Source of the DNA: a virus
Direction: 5' to 3' (one strand)
Length of the DNA: 64,000 nucleotides
IMG/VR virus record: IMGVR_UViG_3300008120_000241
Coordinates: 12,843-76,842 of that record
The position numbers were made by a program, and so were the translations under genes. The number at the start of each line of letters is the position of its first letter. Within the stretch, counting starts at the first letter, position 1. The notes below the pieces were generated by a model, which did not search any database, was not told where the DNA came from, and saw only the letters and a list, made by a program, of their open reading frames with translations. This document shows, one piece after another, positions 28,768 through 37,665 of this stretch.

Positions 28768-29184
28768 TTACATGTTTTTGATTATTTCAAATTCTTTGAA
28801 TTTACAGATTCTAACCATTTCACCGATGTTTGAATACCATATAACTTGTTCATTATTTAAATCAGTATTTACAATCATACCAACAAGATGATCTTCTGAT
28901 GAAAAAATAATATTGAATACCCCATTGACATTGACAAAGATTATATCACCATCAACCTCAACTTTATTCTTTTTTATTAACTTAAAAGTTTTATTTGTTA
29001 AATCAAATATATAAGTCCCATTAACATTCCTTTCGGATTCGACTAAATCATTACGATTAATTGCCCCAACAACACTACTATCACTAGTTACAGCATCAAT
29101 GACTTTGGTAACCTTAATTTTGATTACTTGTGAGTTTACAATGTTAACGAACAAAAGAGCTAAAATAAAAAGGACGTTTTTCAT
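28768..29184 (-). CDS. Secreted beta-rich protein, paralogue of 24924-25361
   Basis: Signal MKNVLFILALLFVNIVNS|Q; TAGTTTTG promoter at 29216-29223. Confidence 0.75.
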   Translation of the reverse strand: MKNVLFILALLFVNIVNSQVIKIKVTKVIDAVTSDSSVVGAINRNDLVESERNVNGTYIFDLTNKTFKLIKKNKVEVDGDIIFVNVNGVFNIIFSSEDHLVGMIVNTDLNNEQVIWYSNIGEMVRICKFKEFEIIKNM

Positions 29185-29254
29185 AGTTTTATATGTTTAA
29201 TTAATAATTATAATACAAAACTACATATTTTGTTTCAATCCACCAAATATTTAA

Positions 29255-31474
29255 TTAACTTTTTTTCTTTTTTGTTGGTTTTTTTACTTTAACTTCCGTT
29301 TTTTTGTCTTTTTCATTATATGATAAAATAAACTTGGAGCCTTTTTCTGGGTTATCGTTTAAGATTTTATCGGTTACAGCGTCGTCTACCCACTTTTGAA
29401 TTGTTCTCTTTAATATACGTGCACCAAACCTTGTGTCGGTACCAACGGATATGATGTGTTTTTTCAAAGTTTCATCAACTTCCAATTCAAATTCAATACC
29501 ATTAATTCGTTTATATACTTTTTCAAGTTCAAGATCAACAATTTGTAACAAATCACTTTCATTTAAGTCCTTGAAATAAATAATCTCATCAAAACGGTTA
29601 ATGAACTCTGGGGCAAACTTTTTAAATAATTCTTTTTCTAGAAGTGATTTTATTTCTTCTTCCTTTTTTTCTGTTTTGGTACTTGTTGAAAATCCAACAC
29701 CAGTTCCAAAATCTTGAAGAACTCTAGTCCCAACATTTGAAGTCATTAAAATAATGCAATTTTTAAAATTGATTTTTCTTCCGTGTCCGTCAGTTAAAAA
29801 TCCTTCATCCAACATTTGTAAAAACACATTAAATATTTCCGGATGTGCCTTTTCAATTTCATCTAACAAAATAACCGAATATGGTTTGTTCTTGATTTTA
29901 TTTAAGAATGGAGAACCGTCTTCATAACCAACATATCCGGGTGCCGTTCCAGTTAATTTTGATGTTGCAATTTTATCTGAAAATTCACTCATATCAAGTC
30001 GGATAAGTGCGTCCTCACTATTAAACATATGTTTTGCCAATTGTTTTGCCAACTCAGTTTTACCAACGCCTGAGTTACCAATTAATAATCCACTAAAAAT
30101 TGGTTTCTTTGGATCATTTAAACCAACCTTGTTTCGCTGGATCGCTCTTGCGATTTTACTTACCGCGTCATCCTGTCCAATTACTTTTGTTGATAAGGTT
30201 TCCTTCAATGTTTTTAATTGTTCGGTCTCATCTGTTGTTATTTTTGAGATTGGAATTTTTGTCATTAATGAAACAACGTCATATACCACATCTTCGGTAA
30301 CTTCTCTTTTAAATAAGTTTCTATTTTTTTCAAACTGAGCTTTTTCTCTTTCCAAATCAGTTAAAACCTTCCTTTCTTTGTCTCTAAGATTTGCGGCTTC
30401 TTCATAACGTTGACTATTAATAACTCTAACCTTTTCTTCTTTAATTTCTTGAGCTTGTCTTTTTAAATCCTCAATAATTTCTGGTAATTTAATTTCAACT
30501 TGCGATCTGGCACCAACCTCATCAATAATATCAAAAGCCTTATCTGGAAATTCTCTGTCCGTAATATATCGGTCGGCCAACTCAACACAAAGTTTTAAAA
30601 TGTCCTCAGTATAACTAACTTTGTGGTGATCTTCATATCTTTCTTTTGAGTTTTGAAGTATTTGTAATGTTTCTTCTTTGGTTGATGGATCAACCATTAC
30701 TTTTTGGAATCTTCTTTCAAGTGCACCATCCTTTTCAATGTTTTTTCTATATTCCTCCAAGGTTGTCGCGCCAATACATTGTAATTCACCTCTTGATAAA
30801 GCCGGTTTAAATATGTTTGAAGCATCCATTGAACCTGACGCATTTCCTGCACCAATCATTGTGTGGATTTCATCAATAAAGATGATGATATCTGGATTAT
30901 TATAAAGTTCCTCCATAATGACCTTCATCCTTTCTTCAAACTGACCTCTGTATTTTGTTCCAGCAACAATTGATGTCATATCCAATGAAACAATTCGTTT
31001 TCCGGATAAATTTTGAGGACAATCACCTTCAAATATTTTCTTTGCCAGACCTTCAATTATGGCAGTTTTACCACAATTGTGAGAAACGACACCATTTGAT
31101 ATGTATTTTCTTTCATTGTCCAATACTTCAAGATCAAATGTATTGTGTACACCAATATCTTCTTTTTCAACGACTTCATACATATTATTATCTTCAAAAT
31201 AAATTAAATCACCAATATTAAGGTTTTTTAAACGAACCCAATACGATTCATTTAAAACCTCAACATTTTCATTATTTATTGATGATTCAACCTCAACCAA
31301 GTGATCCTCGGAACCAGAAAGTTCGGTACCATTTGAAAGTTTTATTTTATAACAATTTTTGTTTTGTTTCTTAAATAGGTTACCAACAAGTTTGAAACCA
31401 GATGGTGTTTTAATTTTATACGTCCCTCCTTCATTTTCAATTAAATTAAAAAATTCTTCAATTTTGATTTTCAT
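29255..31474 (-). CDS. clpC: ClpC-like AAA+ ATPase, C-terminal part, preceded by a 133-aa C-intein
   Basis: Intein blocks SEDH, TFDLEV, ISNGVVSHN|C; then CGKT, IIIFIDEIH, GATT..EY, UVR coil, GNSGVGKTE, LLDEIEKAHP, VGF ClpP-docking loop, PEFINR. Confidence 0.92.
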   Translation of the reverse strand: MKIKIEEFFNLIENEGGTYKIKTPSGFKLVGNLFKKQNKNCYKIKLSNGTELSGSEDHLVEVESSINNENVEVLNESYWVRLKNLNIGDLIYFEDNNMYEVVEKEDIGVHNTFDLEVLDNERKYISNGVVSHNCGKTAIIEGLAKKIFEGDCPQNLSGKRIVSLDMTSIVAGTKYRGQFEERMKVIMEELYNNPDIIIFIDEIHTMIGAGNASGSMDASNIFKPALSRGELQCIGATTLEEYRKNIEKDGALERRFQKVMVDPSTKEETLQILQNSKERYEDHHKVSYTEDILKLCVELADRYITDREFPDKAFDIIDEVGARSQVEIKLPEIIEDLKRQAQEIKEEKVRVINSQRYEEAANLRDKERKVLTDLEREKAQFEKNRNLFKREVTEDVVYDVVSLMTKIPISKITTDETEQLKTLKETLSTKVIGQDDAVSKIARAIQRNKVGLNDPKKPIFSGLLIGNSGVGKTELAKQLAKHMFNSEDALIRLDMSEFSDKIATSKLTGTAPGYVGYEDGSPFLNKIKNKPYSVILLDEIEKAHPEIFNVFLQMLDEGFLTDGHGRKINFKNCIILMTSNVGTRVLQDFGTGVGFSTSTKTEKKEEEIKSLLEKELFKKFAPEFINRFDEIIYFKDLNESDLLQIVDLELEKVYKRINGIEFELEVDETLKKHIISVGTDTRFGARILKRTIQKWVDDAVTDKILNDNPEKGSKFILSYNEKDKKTEVKVKKPTKKKKS
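31076..31474 (-). other. Split intein C-fragment (133 aa, ends His-Asn, +1 Cys)
   Basis: KIKTPSGF..KIKLSNG.ELSGSEDHLV..WVRLKNLNIGD..TFDLEV..YISNGVVSHN. Confidence 0.88.
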
Positions 31475-31503
31475 AATATTTTTATAAATTTTTTGTTATG
31501 TTA

Positions 31504-31797
31504 TTAGATGGTCTCAATATTATGAGTATTCACATCAGAAACTTTTTCTACTTCAATCCACGTATCACCTAAAACACATCCAGGTTCACCAAGTATGATT
31601 GGATTATTCTTTTTTCTTCTGGATAAAATCTGAGCAATCCTATTAATTTCATCTTCTCTACCAACAACCGGATCCAACTTACCTTCTTCGGCCAATTTTA
31701 TTAAGTCTCTTGAAAAGTTATCAAGAACCGGGGTTTTACTTTTGGAATCCGTGTTTTTACTTTTGGATTTGTCCATATCATCAAATGACTCAATCAT
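31504..31797 (-). CDS. clpC: ClpC-like ATPase N-terminal part (73 aa) fused to a 24-aa N-intein
   Basis: [11 protein letters not shown]...[33 protein letters not shown] then [10 protein letters not shown]..; TAGTTTTG promoter at 31839-31846. Confidence 0.9.
   Translation of the reverse strand: MIESFDDMDKSKSKNTDSKSKTPVLDNFSRDLIKLAEEGKLDPVVGREDEINRIAQILSRRKKNNPIILGEPGCVLGDTWIEVEKVSDVNTHNIETI
31507..31578 (-). other. Split intein N-fragment (24 aa, [24 protein letters not shown])
   Basis: Intein block A (C-V-x-G-D-T-x-I) directly after GEPG of Walker A, then tandem TAA TAA. Confidence 0.85.
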
Positions 31798-31874
31798 ATC
31801 TTATATTTTTTGTTTTTATTTCTTGGATAAGTTTAAAACAAAACTACCAAATAATCAATCATATCTTAAATTTT

Positions 31875-31986
31875 TGTCAGTCTGTCAGTTATATTTTATA
31901 AAGTATGACATTTTGTCAGTTATATTTTTTGAAAAAAGACAATTTATCACAATATTATTTAAAAAATCAAATGGTATTAATTTGGT
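31875..31986. promoter_or_regulatory. Repeated TGTCAG/TGACA operator-like sites in the divergent clpC / UVR-gene spacer
   Basis: TGTCAG at 31875, 31883, 31914; palindrome TGACA-TTT-TGTCA 31906-31918; 15-bp direct repeat TGTCAGTTATATTTT. Confidence 0.5.
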
Positions 31987-32026
31987 GAATAACAAAATCA
32001 AAATAAACTTTTAAAAATTATGTAAT

Positions 32027-32443
32027 ATGTTATTTAGAAATTTTCACAACTTAAACCGTCTATTTAGAGACTTTGATGATTTATTTTTTGAAAATCCCAC
32101 CCTTAAAGGTAAAGAAAAAATCCAAACCGGAATAGATGAAGATGGTGAATGGGAAAAGAGATCATTTGTATCTGACTCTGGACTATTCTCTTATTCATTC
32201 ATCACAAGAAAATCAAACAAACCACACAAAACAAATGAAATTGAAAGTTTAAAACTGGAACTTGAACAATGTGTTGAAAAACAAGATTTTGAAAGGGCGG
32301 TTGAATTAAGAGACAAGATTAAACTATTGGAGGAGAATAAGGAAGAACTATCAAAACTTAATGAAGAACTAGAAGAAGCAATTCAAAAACAAGATTTTGA
32401 AAAAGCAATAGAAGTAAGAGATAAAATTAAGAGTTTAAAATAA
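32027..32443 (+). CDS. Protein with two UvrB/UvrC (UVR) coiled-coil motifs (McsA-like adaptor candidate)
   Basis: LEQCVEKQDFERAVELRDKIK and LEEAIQKQDFEKAIEVRDKIK. Confidence 0.8.
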   Translation: MLFRNFHNLNRLFRDFDDLFFENPTLKGKEKIQTGIDEDGEWEKRSFVSDSGLFSYSFITRKSNKPHKTNEIESLKLELEQCVEKQDFERAVELRDKIKLLEENKEELSKLNEELEEAIQKQDFEKAIEVRDKIKSLK

Positions 32444-32465
32444 GTTAATTCTCGTTAAGTTTTGA

Positions 32466-32497
32466 AATCCACCCAAATAAGGTGGATTTTTTTTTTT
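32466..32497 (+). terminator. Intrinsic terminator
   Basis: AAATCCACC-CAAATAA-GGTGGATTT plus T-tract. Confidence 0.8.
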
Positions 32498-32527
32498 GTT
32501 GTCTAATATTATTTTTTTAAAAAAGTT

Positions 32528-32770
32528 ATGGCAGTAAAAAAAACAACAATTGAAGGAACAAAAATTATTTGTGAAATTGAATCAAGTAATTTAAAAACAA
32601 CTGAATATGATACGGAATCAAAAAAGTTAGTCGTAGAGTTTAAAAATGGTTTGAAATACGAATATGATGAAGTACCGCACAATGTATATGCTCAAATGAG
32701 GTTATCAGATTCACAAGGTAAATTTTTTAATTCCAACATTTCAAAGACTTATAAGTACAAAAAATTATAG
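32528..32770 (+). CDS. KTSC-domain protein
   Basis: IESSNL...EYD.ESKKLVVEFKNG.KYEY.EVP..VY......S.GKFFN.NI. Confidence 0.85.
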   Translation: MAVKKTTIEGTKIICEIESSNLKTTEYDTESKKLVVEFKNGLKYEYDEVPHNVYAQMRLSDSQGKFFNSNISKTYKYKKL

Positions 32771-32800
32771 AATTACATTTAGTCCTATATTTATATTGAT

Positions 32801-33568
32801 ATGGCTATAAGTAAAAAAATCATTAATAGTTTTTATTTACAGGATAAGTTAAACCCAGAAGTTTGGATTAAAAAAGAAGGTACAAGAGGGGATAACACTG
32901 ATGATTATACATTAAAACCTGAAATTAAAACAAGATTAAAAAAGGCTTCAGAAATCTTTATTGAATATTTGGACACTGATCTTTTTATTCACGACGTTAT
33001 TTTTGTTGGTTCATTAGTTGGTTATAACTGGAGTGAATTTTCGGATTTTGATATTCACGTCGTAATTGATTTAAACGAAGCCGGTGAAGATAAAGAACTT
33101 TATGAGGAGTTATTCAGATTGAAGAAATCATTATTTAACGCTGCACACGACATTACCATCAAAGGTTTTGAAACTGAATTTTATGTTCAAGATTTAAATG
33201 AAAAAAACGAAAGTCAGGGTGTTTATTCATTAATTGATGATAAGTGGTTGAAAGTGCCAAAAATTGAAGAATTTAAAATTGATGAGAAAAAATTGAAATC
33301 AAAAATTCAACAATGGATTGATATTATTGATGGTGTTTTGGAGAATGCTGAAGATGAGAGTATTGAAGGTGCGGTTAAGTTAATTAAAAAATACAGAGAA
33401 AAACTAAGAAAATATAGAACTTGTGGACTCCAAAGAGAAGGTGAATATTCATATGAAAATTTGGTTTTTAAATATCTTAGAAGAAACGGTTACATTGGAA
33501 AATTAGAAGAATTCAAAAATAAATTTGTTGATAAAAAATTATCCCTAGAACAAGAAAATAAGGAATAA
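32801..33568 (+). CDS. Pol-beta-superfamily nucleotidyltransferase
   Basis: GSLVGYNWSEFSDFDIH (GS..DxD) and EFYVQD. Confidence 0.75.
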   Translation: MAISKKIINSFYLQDKLNPEVWIKKEGTRGDNTDDYTLKPEIKTRLKKASEIFIEYLDTDLFIHDVIFVGSLVGYNWSEFSDFDIHVVIDLNEAGEDKELYEELFRLKKSLFNAAHDITIKGFETEFYVQDLNEKNESQGVYSLIDDKWLKVPKIEEFKIDEKKLKSKIQQWIDIIDGVLENAEDESIEGAVKLIKKYREKLRKYRTCGLQREGEYSYENLVFKYLRRNGYIGKLEEFKNKFVDKKLSLEQENKE

Positions 33569-33657
33569 TTGAAAATTACCAACTAACGATATATTTATAT
33601 ATAAAATTTGTTGCTTTTTGGCAATAATAAATTATTAAATTTTAAAAATAATTAAAT

Positions 33658-34911
33658 ATGGCAGATTTAAGACCACTTGGTAGTGAAAAATTGCAAGGAA
33701 TGGATAAAATTAAGAGAATTTTAGAAATTGCAAAATATAATGAAACACCAAAACAAGATATTAACGAAAACGCAACAACCAATTATACCATTCAATTGGC
33801 TGACGGTTTTACCTATGGTATTGTTAAAGAAAGACAAGGGTATATCATTAAAAAAGGTTTAAACGAATCCACCTTGGATTATTCTGATCCAATCAGAGAA
33901 CGAAAATACTTCAGATCATATGCTGACGCAATGAAAAAGTTGAATCTAACCGCAGGTGAAATAAATAGACTTTTTGAAAATGAAGAAGGTATTTCTTTAA
34001 TTGGTGAGCAAGAAGGTCAAAAAAAAAAGTTTGTTCTAAAACTACCTAAAGCAAAAAGTACTGAAACACCTGACGTTGGTTCAGATGTTCCTACAACACC
34101 ACCTACTCCACCAGCAGAATCTACACCAGAACCACCAGTAATGGGAGGTGAAGAAACTCCGGAAGTTCCACCGATGAGTGATGAAGAAACTCCAGATATG
34201 GGTGATACTGAAATGCCAGATATGGGTACTGAAGAAACTCCAGATATGGAGGAACCAAAAGATGATGAATTTGATTTGGAAGGTGAAGAACCGCAAGCAT
34301 CATTTAAGTCCATTCAAAGATTAACAGGAAAATTAAGCCAAAGATTAAGACAATTTGAAAAAGATAAAAAACTTGAATCTGATGATATCAAGTATGTATT
34401 AAATTCTATTATTTCAGCTCTTGATTTGGATAATTTGGATGAAGAAGATAAAGACGACATCCTTTCCAAATTTGACGAAGAAGAAACCGCATACGATGAG
34501 GAAGGTCCGGGAGAATTAGATTTACCATCTGAGGATGATTTTGATATGGGTGAAGAACCAGGTATGGAATCCGAAGAACCAATAGGAATGGAAACTGAAC
34601 CAAAAGAAGATTTCTATATGTTTGGTGAATCAGTTGTTGAAAAAGTATTGTCAAAATATTTCAACGTAACAGAAGAAGAAAATAGAATATTGGAAGAAAA
34701 AAAGAAAAAGAAATTCGTTCAAGAAAAAATCAAAACAGTTGAGGTTAAAAAAGAAATACTTAAATTAAGCGAAAGTGTTAAACAAATTGAAACAAGTTTG
34801 AAGCTAATTAAGGAAAATGCACAATTTGTTGGGAAAACAAACAAAGAAAATTTGGTTTTTATAAAAAATGGTAAACAAATAAAAGTTAACCAAAGAGGTC
34901 ATATTATATGA
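33658..34911 (+). CDS. Acidic Pro/Glu-rich head-associated protein (hypothetical)
   Basis: 417 aa; ETPDM repeats; TATTTAT at 33592-33598; upstream of terminase. Confidence 0.7.
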   Translation: MADLRPLGSEKLQGMDKIKRILEIAKYNETPKQDINENATTNYTIQLADGFTYGIVKERQGYIIKKGLNESTLDYSDPIRERKYFRSYADAMKKLNLTAGEINRLFENEEGISLIGEQEGQKKKFVLKLPKAKSTETPDVGSDVPTTPPTPPAESTPEPPVMGGEETPEVPPMSDEETPDMGDTEMPDMGTEETPDMEEPKDDEFDLEGEEPQASFKSIQRLTGKLSQRLRQFEKDKKLESDDIKYVLNSIISALDLDNLDEEDKDDILSKFDEEETAYDEEGPGELDLPSEDDFDMGEEPGMESEEPIGMETEPKEDFYMFGESVVEKVLSKYFNVTEEENRILEEKKKKKFVQEKIKTVEVKKEILKLSESVKQIETSLKLIKENAQFVGKTNKENLVFIKNGKQIKVNQRGHII

Positions 34912-35327
34912 ATTTAGTTTATGTAAACGAACTTGGTCCAAATTTCAGAGGAGATAACATTTATGAATTTATTTTTTCTGATTTGGATGATGTTTGGGGA
35001 GATGAGTGGGATGCCGAACCGGCTGGTGGTAAACCTTCACCTCCAGAAATAAATTACGTTAAAAAAGTTGGTGTATTAAAAAACTCCGACATTTCATTGA
35101 CTTTAATTCAAAATTCAGATTTTTTTGGTTTTTATGATGCCATTGATGACGTAATAGCTTTGGCTTGGGAAAACACTGATAGTGATGATATTTTGATTCA
35201 CAAAAAAAAGAGACTAGTTTTCAGATATGGTGAATCCATACAATCAGTTGAAGACAAACTATACGAACGAGAAATCGTATTAAAATGGGAAAAAAATTTA
35301 GTACAAGATGAAACATATGAATCCTAA
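34908..35327 (+). CDS. Hypothetical protein
   Basis: 139 aa, overlapping operon. Confidence 0.7.
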   Translation: MNLVYVNELGPNFRGDNIYEFIFSDLDDVWGDEWDAEPAGGKPSPPEINYVKKVGVLKNSDISLTLIQNSDFFGFYDAIDDVIALAWENTDSDDILIHKKKRLVFRYGESIQSVEDKLYEREIVLKWEKNLVQDETYES

Positions 35328-35892
35328 AATGGTGAAACTTCTACACGAGGGGTTTACCATGAGAACGTTAGAAAAACTTAATGAGAATCAGTTGAATGTT
35401 CTTTATGAAAAAGTAAAGAAAGAAACTAAGGAACAAGCACCACCACCAAATGTTGTAAAAAATATAAGTGCTAGAGAAATAACCGTACCTTCGGGTGGTT
35501 CTGCAGCAATTGGTACTGCAAAAATTGAAAATAAAGACGGTAAAACCGTAATAACCACAACTACTGAAGGTGAAATTGGTGAATCTGAAGTTACAGAAAA
35601 ATCAGTTTCAAAACAACAACAAAAATTGATGGGTCTAGCACTATCTGTTAAGAAAGGTGATACACCAAAATCAAAAGTTTCCAAAACAGTTAAGGATTTG
35701 GCAAAAGATATGTCAAAAAAAGATTTGGAGGATTTCGCTTCAACAAAACACAAAGGGTTACCAAAAAAGAAAGAAACCAAGGAAACCATCAAAAAACTTG
35801 AGGAGAACATAATGAAATTAATTGAAAATCACCTACCCCCACTTACAACAAAAGGTGAATTATTAAAAACAATTAAAGAACACAAAAAATAA
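35308..35892 (+). CDS. DUF3008-like domain protein
   Basis: SKQQQKLMGLALSVKKG..MSKKDLEDFASTKHKGLP. Confidence 0.6.
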   Translation: MKHMNPKMVKLLHEGFTMRTLEKLNENQLNVLYEKVKKETKEQAPPPNVVKNISAREITVPSGGSAAIGTAKIENKDGKTVITTTTEGEIGESEVTEKSVSKQQQKLMGLALSVKKGDTPKSKVSKTVKDLAKDMSKKDLEDFASTKHKGLPKKKETKETIKKLEENIMKLIENHLPPLTTKGELLKTIKEHKK

Positions 35893-35895
35893 TGA

Positions 35896-36630
35896 ATGTC
35901 ATTAACAAGGGAACAAGCCTTATTGGAATATGCAAAATGTGCAAATGATACCGCATACGCACTAAAAACATATTTACAAACATATGACAACACACAATCA
36001 AAATACGTTCCTTTAGAGTTATTTAACGACCAGGTTACATTAGTTAAGGATTACGACGAATGTGAGGAAAATATCGCATTAAAATACCGACAAGCAGGAG
36101 TATCAACTGTAACCTCAGCTTGGGCTTCAAAAAGACTTGTATTTGCAAGAAAGGAAAAACCAGAAAAAATTCTAATTATTGCCAACAAACTTGACACCGC
36201 AGTTGAGATGGCAAATAAAGTTAGGGCTTTTGTTGATCAATGGCCAAAATGGATGGGTGTTGGTTTCTCATCTGAGAAGAACTCACAAAGACACTTTAAA
36301 TTAACAAATGGTTGTGAAGTTAAAGCGGTTGCAACCTCAAAAGATGCCCTTCGTGGTTATACACCAACAATTCTAATATTTGATGAGGCTGCGTATATTG
36401 ACGCCGATGAAGATTTCTGGTCAGCGTGTATGGCTTCCCTATCAACGGGAGGTAAAGTTATTGTAATTTCAACACCAAACGGATTTGACCCAATTTATTA
36501 TTCAATTTATAATCAAGCTATCAAAGGGATGAATGATTTTAGGATTACCGAGATGTATTGGTGGCGAGACCCAAGATATTCCAAGGACTTAAAACTTATT
36601 AAGTGTGACGATATTGTTCATTATATGTGA
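35896..36630 (+). CDS. terL: Terminase large subunit, N-terminal ATPase part (T4 gp17-like)
   Basis: KYRQAGVST (Walker A-like), RG...ILIFDEAAYI (Walker B), VISTPNG. Confidence 0.88.
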   Translation: MSLTREQALLEYAKCANDTAYALKTYLQTYDNTQSKYVPLELFNDQVTLVKDYDECEENIALKYRQAGVSTVTSAWASKRLVFARKEKPEKILIIANKLDTAVEMANKVRAFVDQWPKWMGVGFSSEKNSQRHFKLTNGCEVKAVATSKDALRGYTPTILIFDEAAYIDADEDFWSACMASLSTGGKVIVISTPNGFDPIYYSIYNQAIKGMNDFRITEMYWWRDPRYSKDLKLIKCDDIVHYM

Positions 36631-37624
36631 TACAAAAGTTAGAGAAAGAGACTTTGAGGACATTAAAATAAAAATTGAGAATGGGTATAGGGCTTATAGT
36701 TCGTGGTTTGAAGCAATGGCCAAAAAACTAAAGTTTGATAGGAGAAAAATATCCCAAGAGTTGGAATGTAATTTTCTTGGGTCTGGGGATAACGTAATAC
36801 CCCCAGAAACAATGAAGAAAATTAAAGATAACTTCATTAAGGAACCAGAAAATAGATTTATGGGTGGTGTTTTGTGGCAGTGGAAAGAACCGGTAGCTGG
36901 ACATCGTTACATAATGGGTTGTGACGTTAGTCGTGGGGATAGTGAAGATTTCACCACATTTACAATTATTGATTTTGACGAAAGAGAACAAGTACTGGAA
37001 TATATGGGAAAAGTTCCACCAGATGTCGTTGCCGAAATTGCATATAAATGGGCCACGATGTATAATGCTTTCATTGTAATTGATATAACCGGAGGTATGG
37101 GCGTTGCAACATCAAGGAAACTTCAAGAAATGGGTTATAAAAATCTATATGTTGATGGTGTTAACCACGCAGATAAATGGAAGTGGGATCCGAAAGCACA
37201 AGAAAAAATTCCAGGAATTAATTTTAACTCAAAAAGAGTTCAGATTATTGCCTCATTTGAGGAAGCACTAAGACATGATTTTGCTGTAAGGTCACAAAGG
37301 TTATACAACGAATTAAACACATTTGTTTATGTTAATGGTAGGCCAGATCACCAAAAAGGACAACACGATGACTTGATTATGGCAATGGCGATGGCCTTAT
37401 ATGTTGGTGAGACATCATTTGCCAAACTTGAAAAGGCGACAGAACATGCAAAAGCTATGTTGGAATCTTGGTCTGTTGAATCCAATAATTATTCTGATAG
37501 TTATACGAATTTTAATCCCGGTTTACCAGTTTCCTCACCCAATATGGATCAGTTTGGTAGAACCCAATTAACCAAAAGTGATTACGAGAAGTATTTATGG
37601 TTATTCGGGGGTAAAAGAGTTTAA
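36605..37624 (+). CDS. terL: Terminase large subunit, C-terminal nuclease part (frameshifted relative to the N-part)
   Basis: QELECNFLGSG, MGCDVSRGDSEDF, GQHDDLIMA; no good own start codon. Confidence 0.85.
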   Translation: MTILFIICDTKVRERDFEDIKIKIENGYRAYSSWFEAMAKKLKFDRRKISQELECNFLGSGDNVIPPETMKKIKDNFIKEPENRFMGGVLWQWKEPVAGHRYIMGCDVSRGDSEDFTTFTIIDFDEREQVLEYMGKVPPDVVAEIAYKWATMYNAFIVIDITGGMGVATSRKLQEMGYKNLYVDGVNHADKWKWDPKAQEKIPGINFNSKRVQIIASFEEALRHDFAVRSQRLYNELNTFVYVNGRPDHQKGQHDDLIMAMAMALYVGETSFAKLEKATEHAKAMLESWSVESNNYSDSYTNFNPGLPVSSPNMDQFGRTQLTKSDYEKYLWLFGGKRV

Positions 37625-37665
37625 ATATTATAAAAAACTCTTATTTTTTAAACAAATAGAAAATT

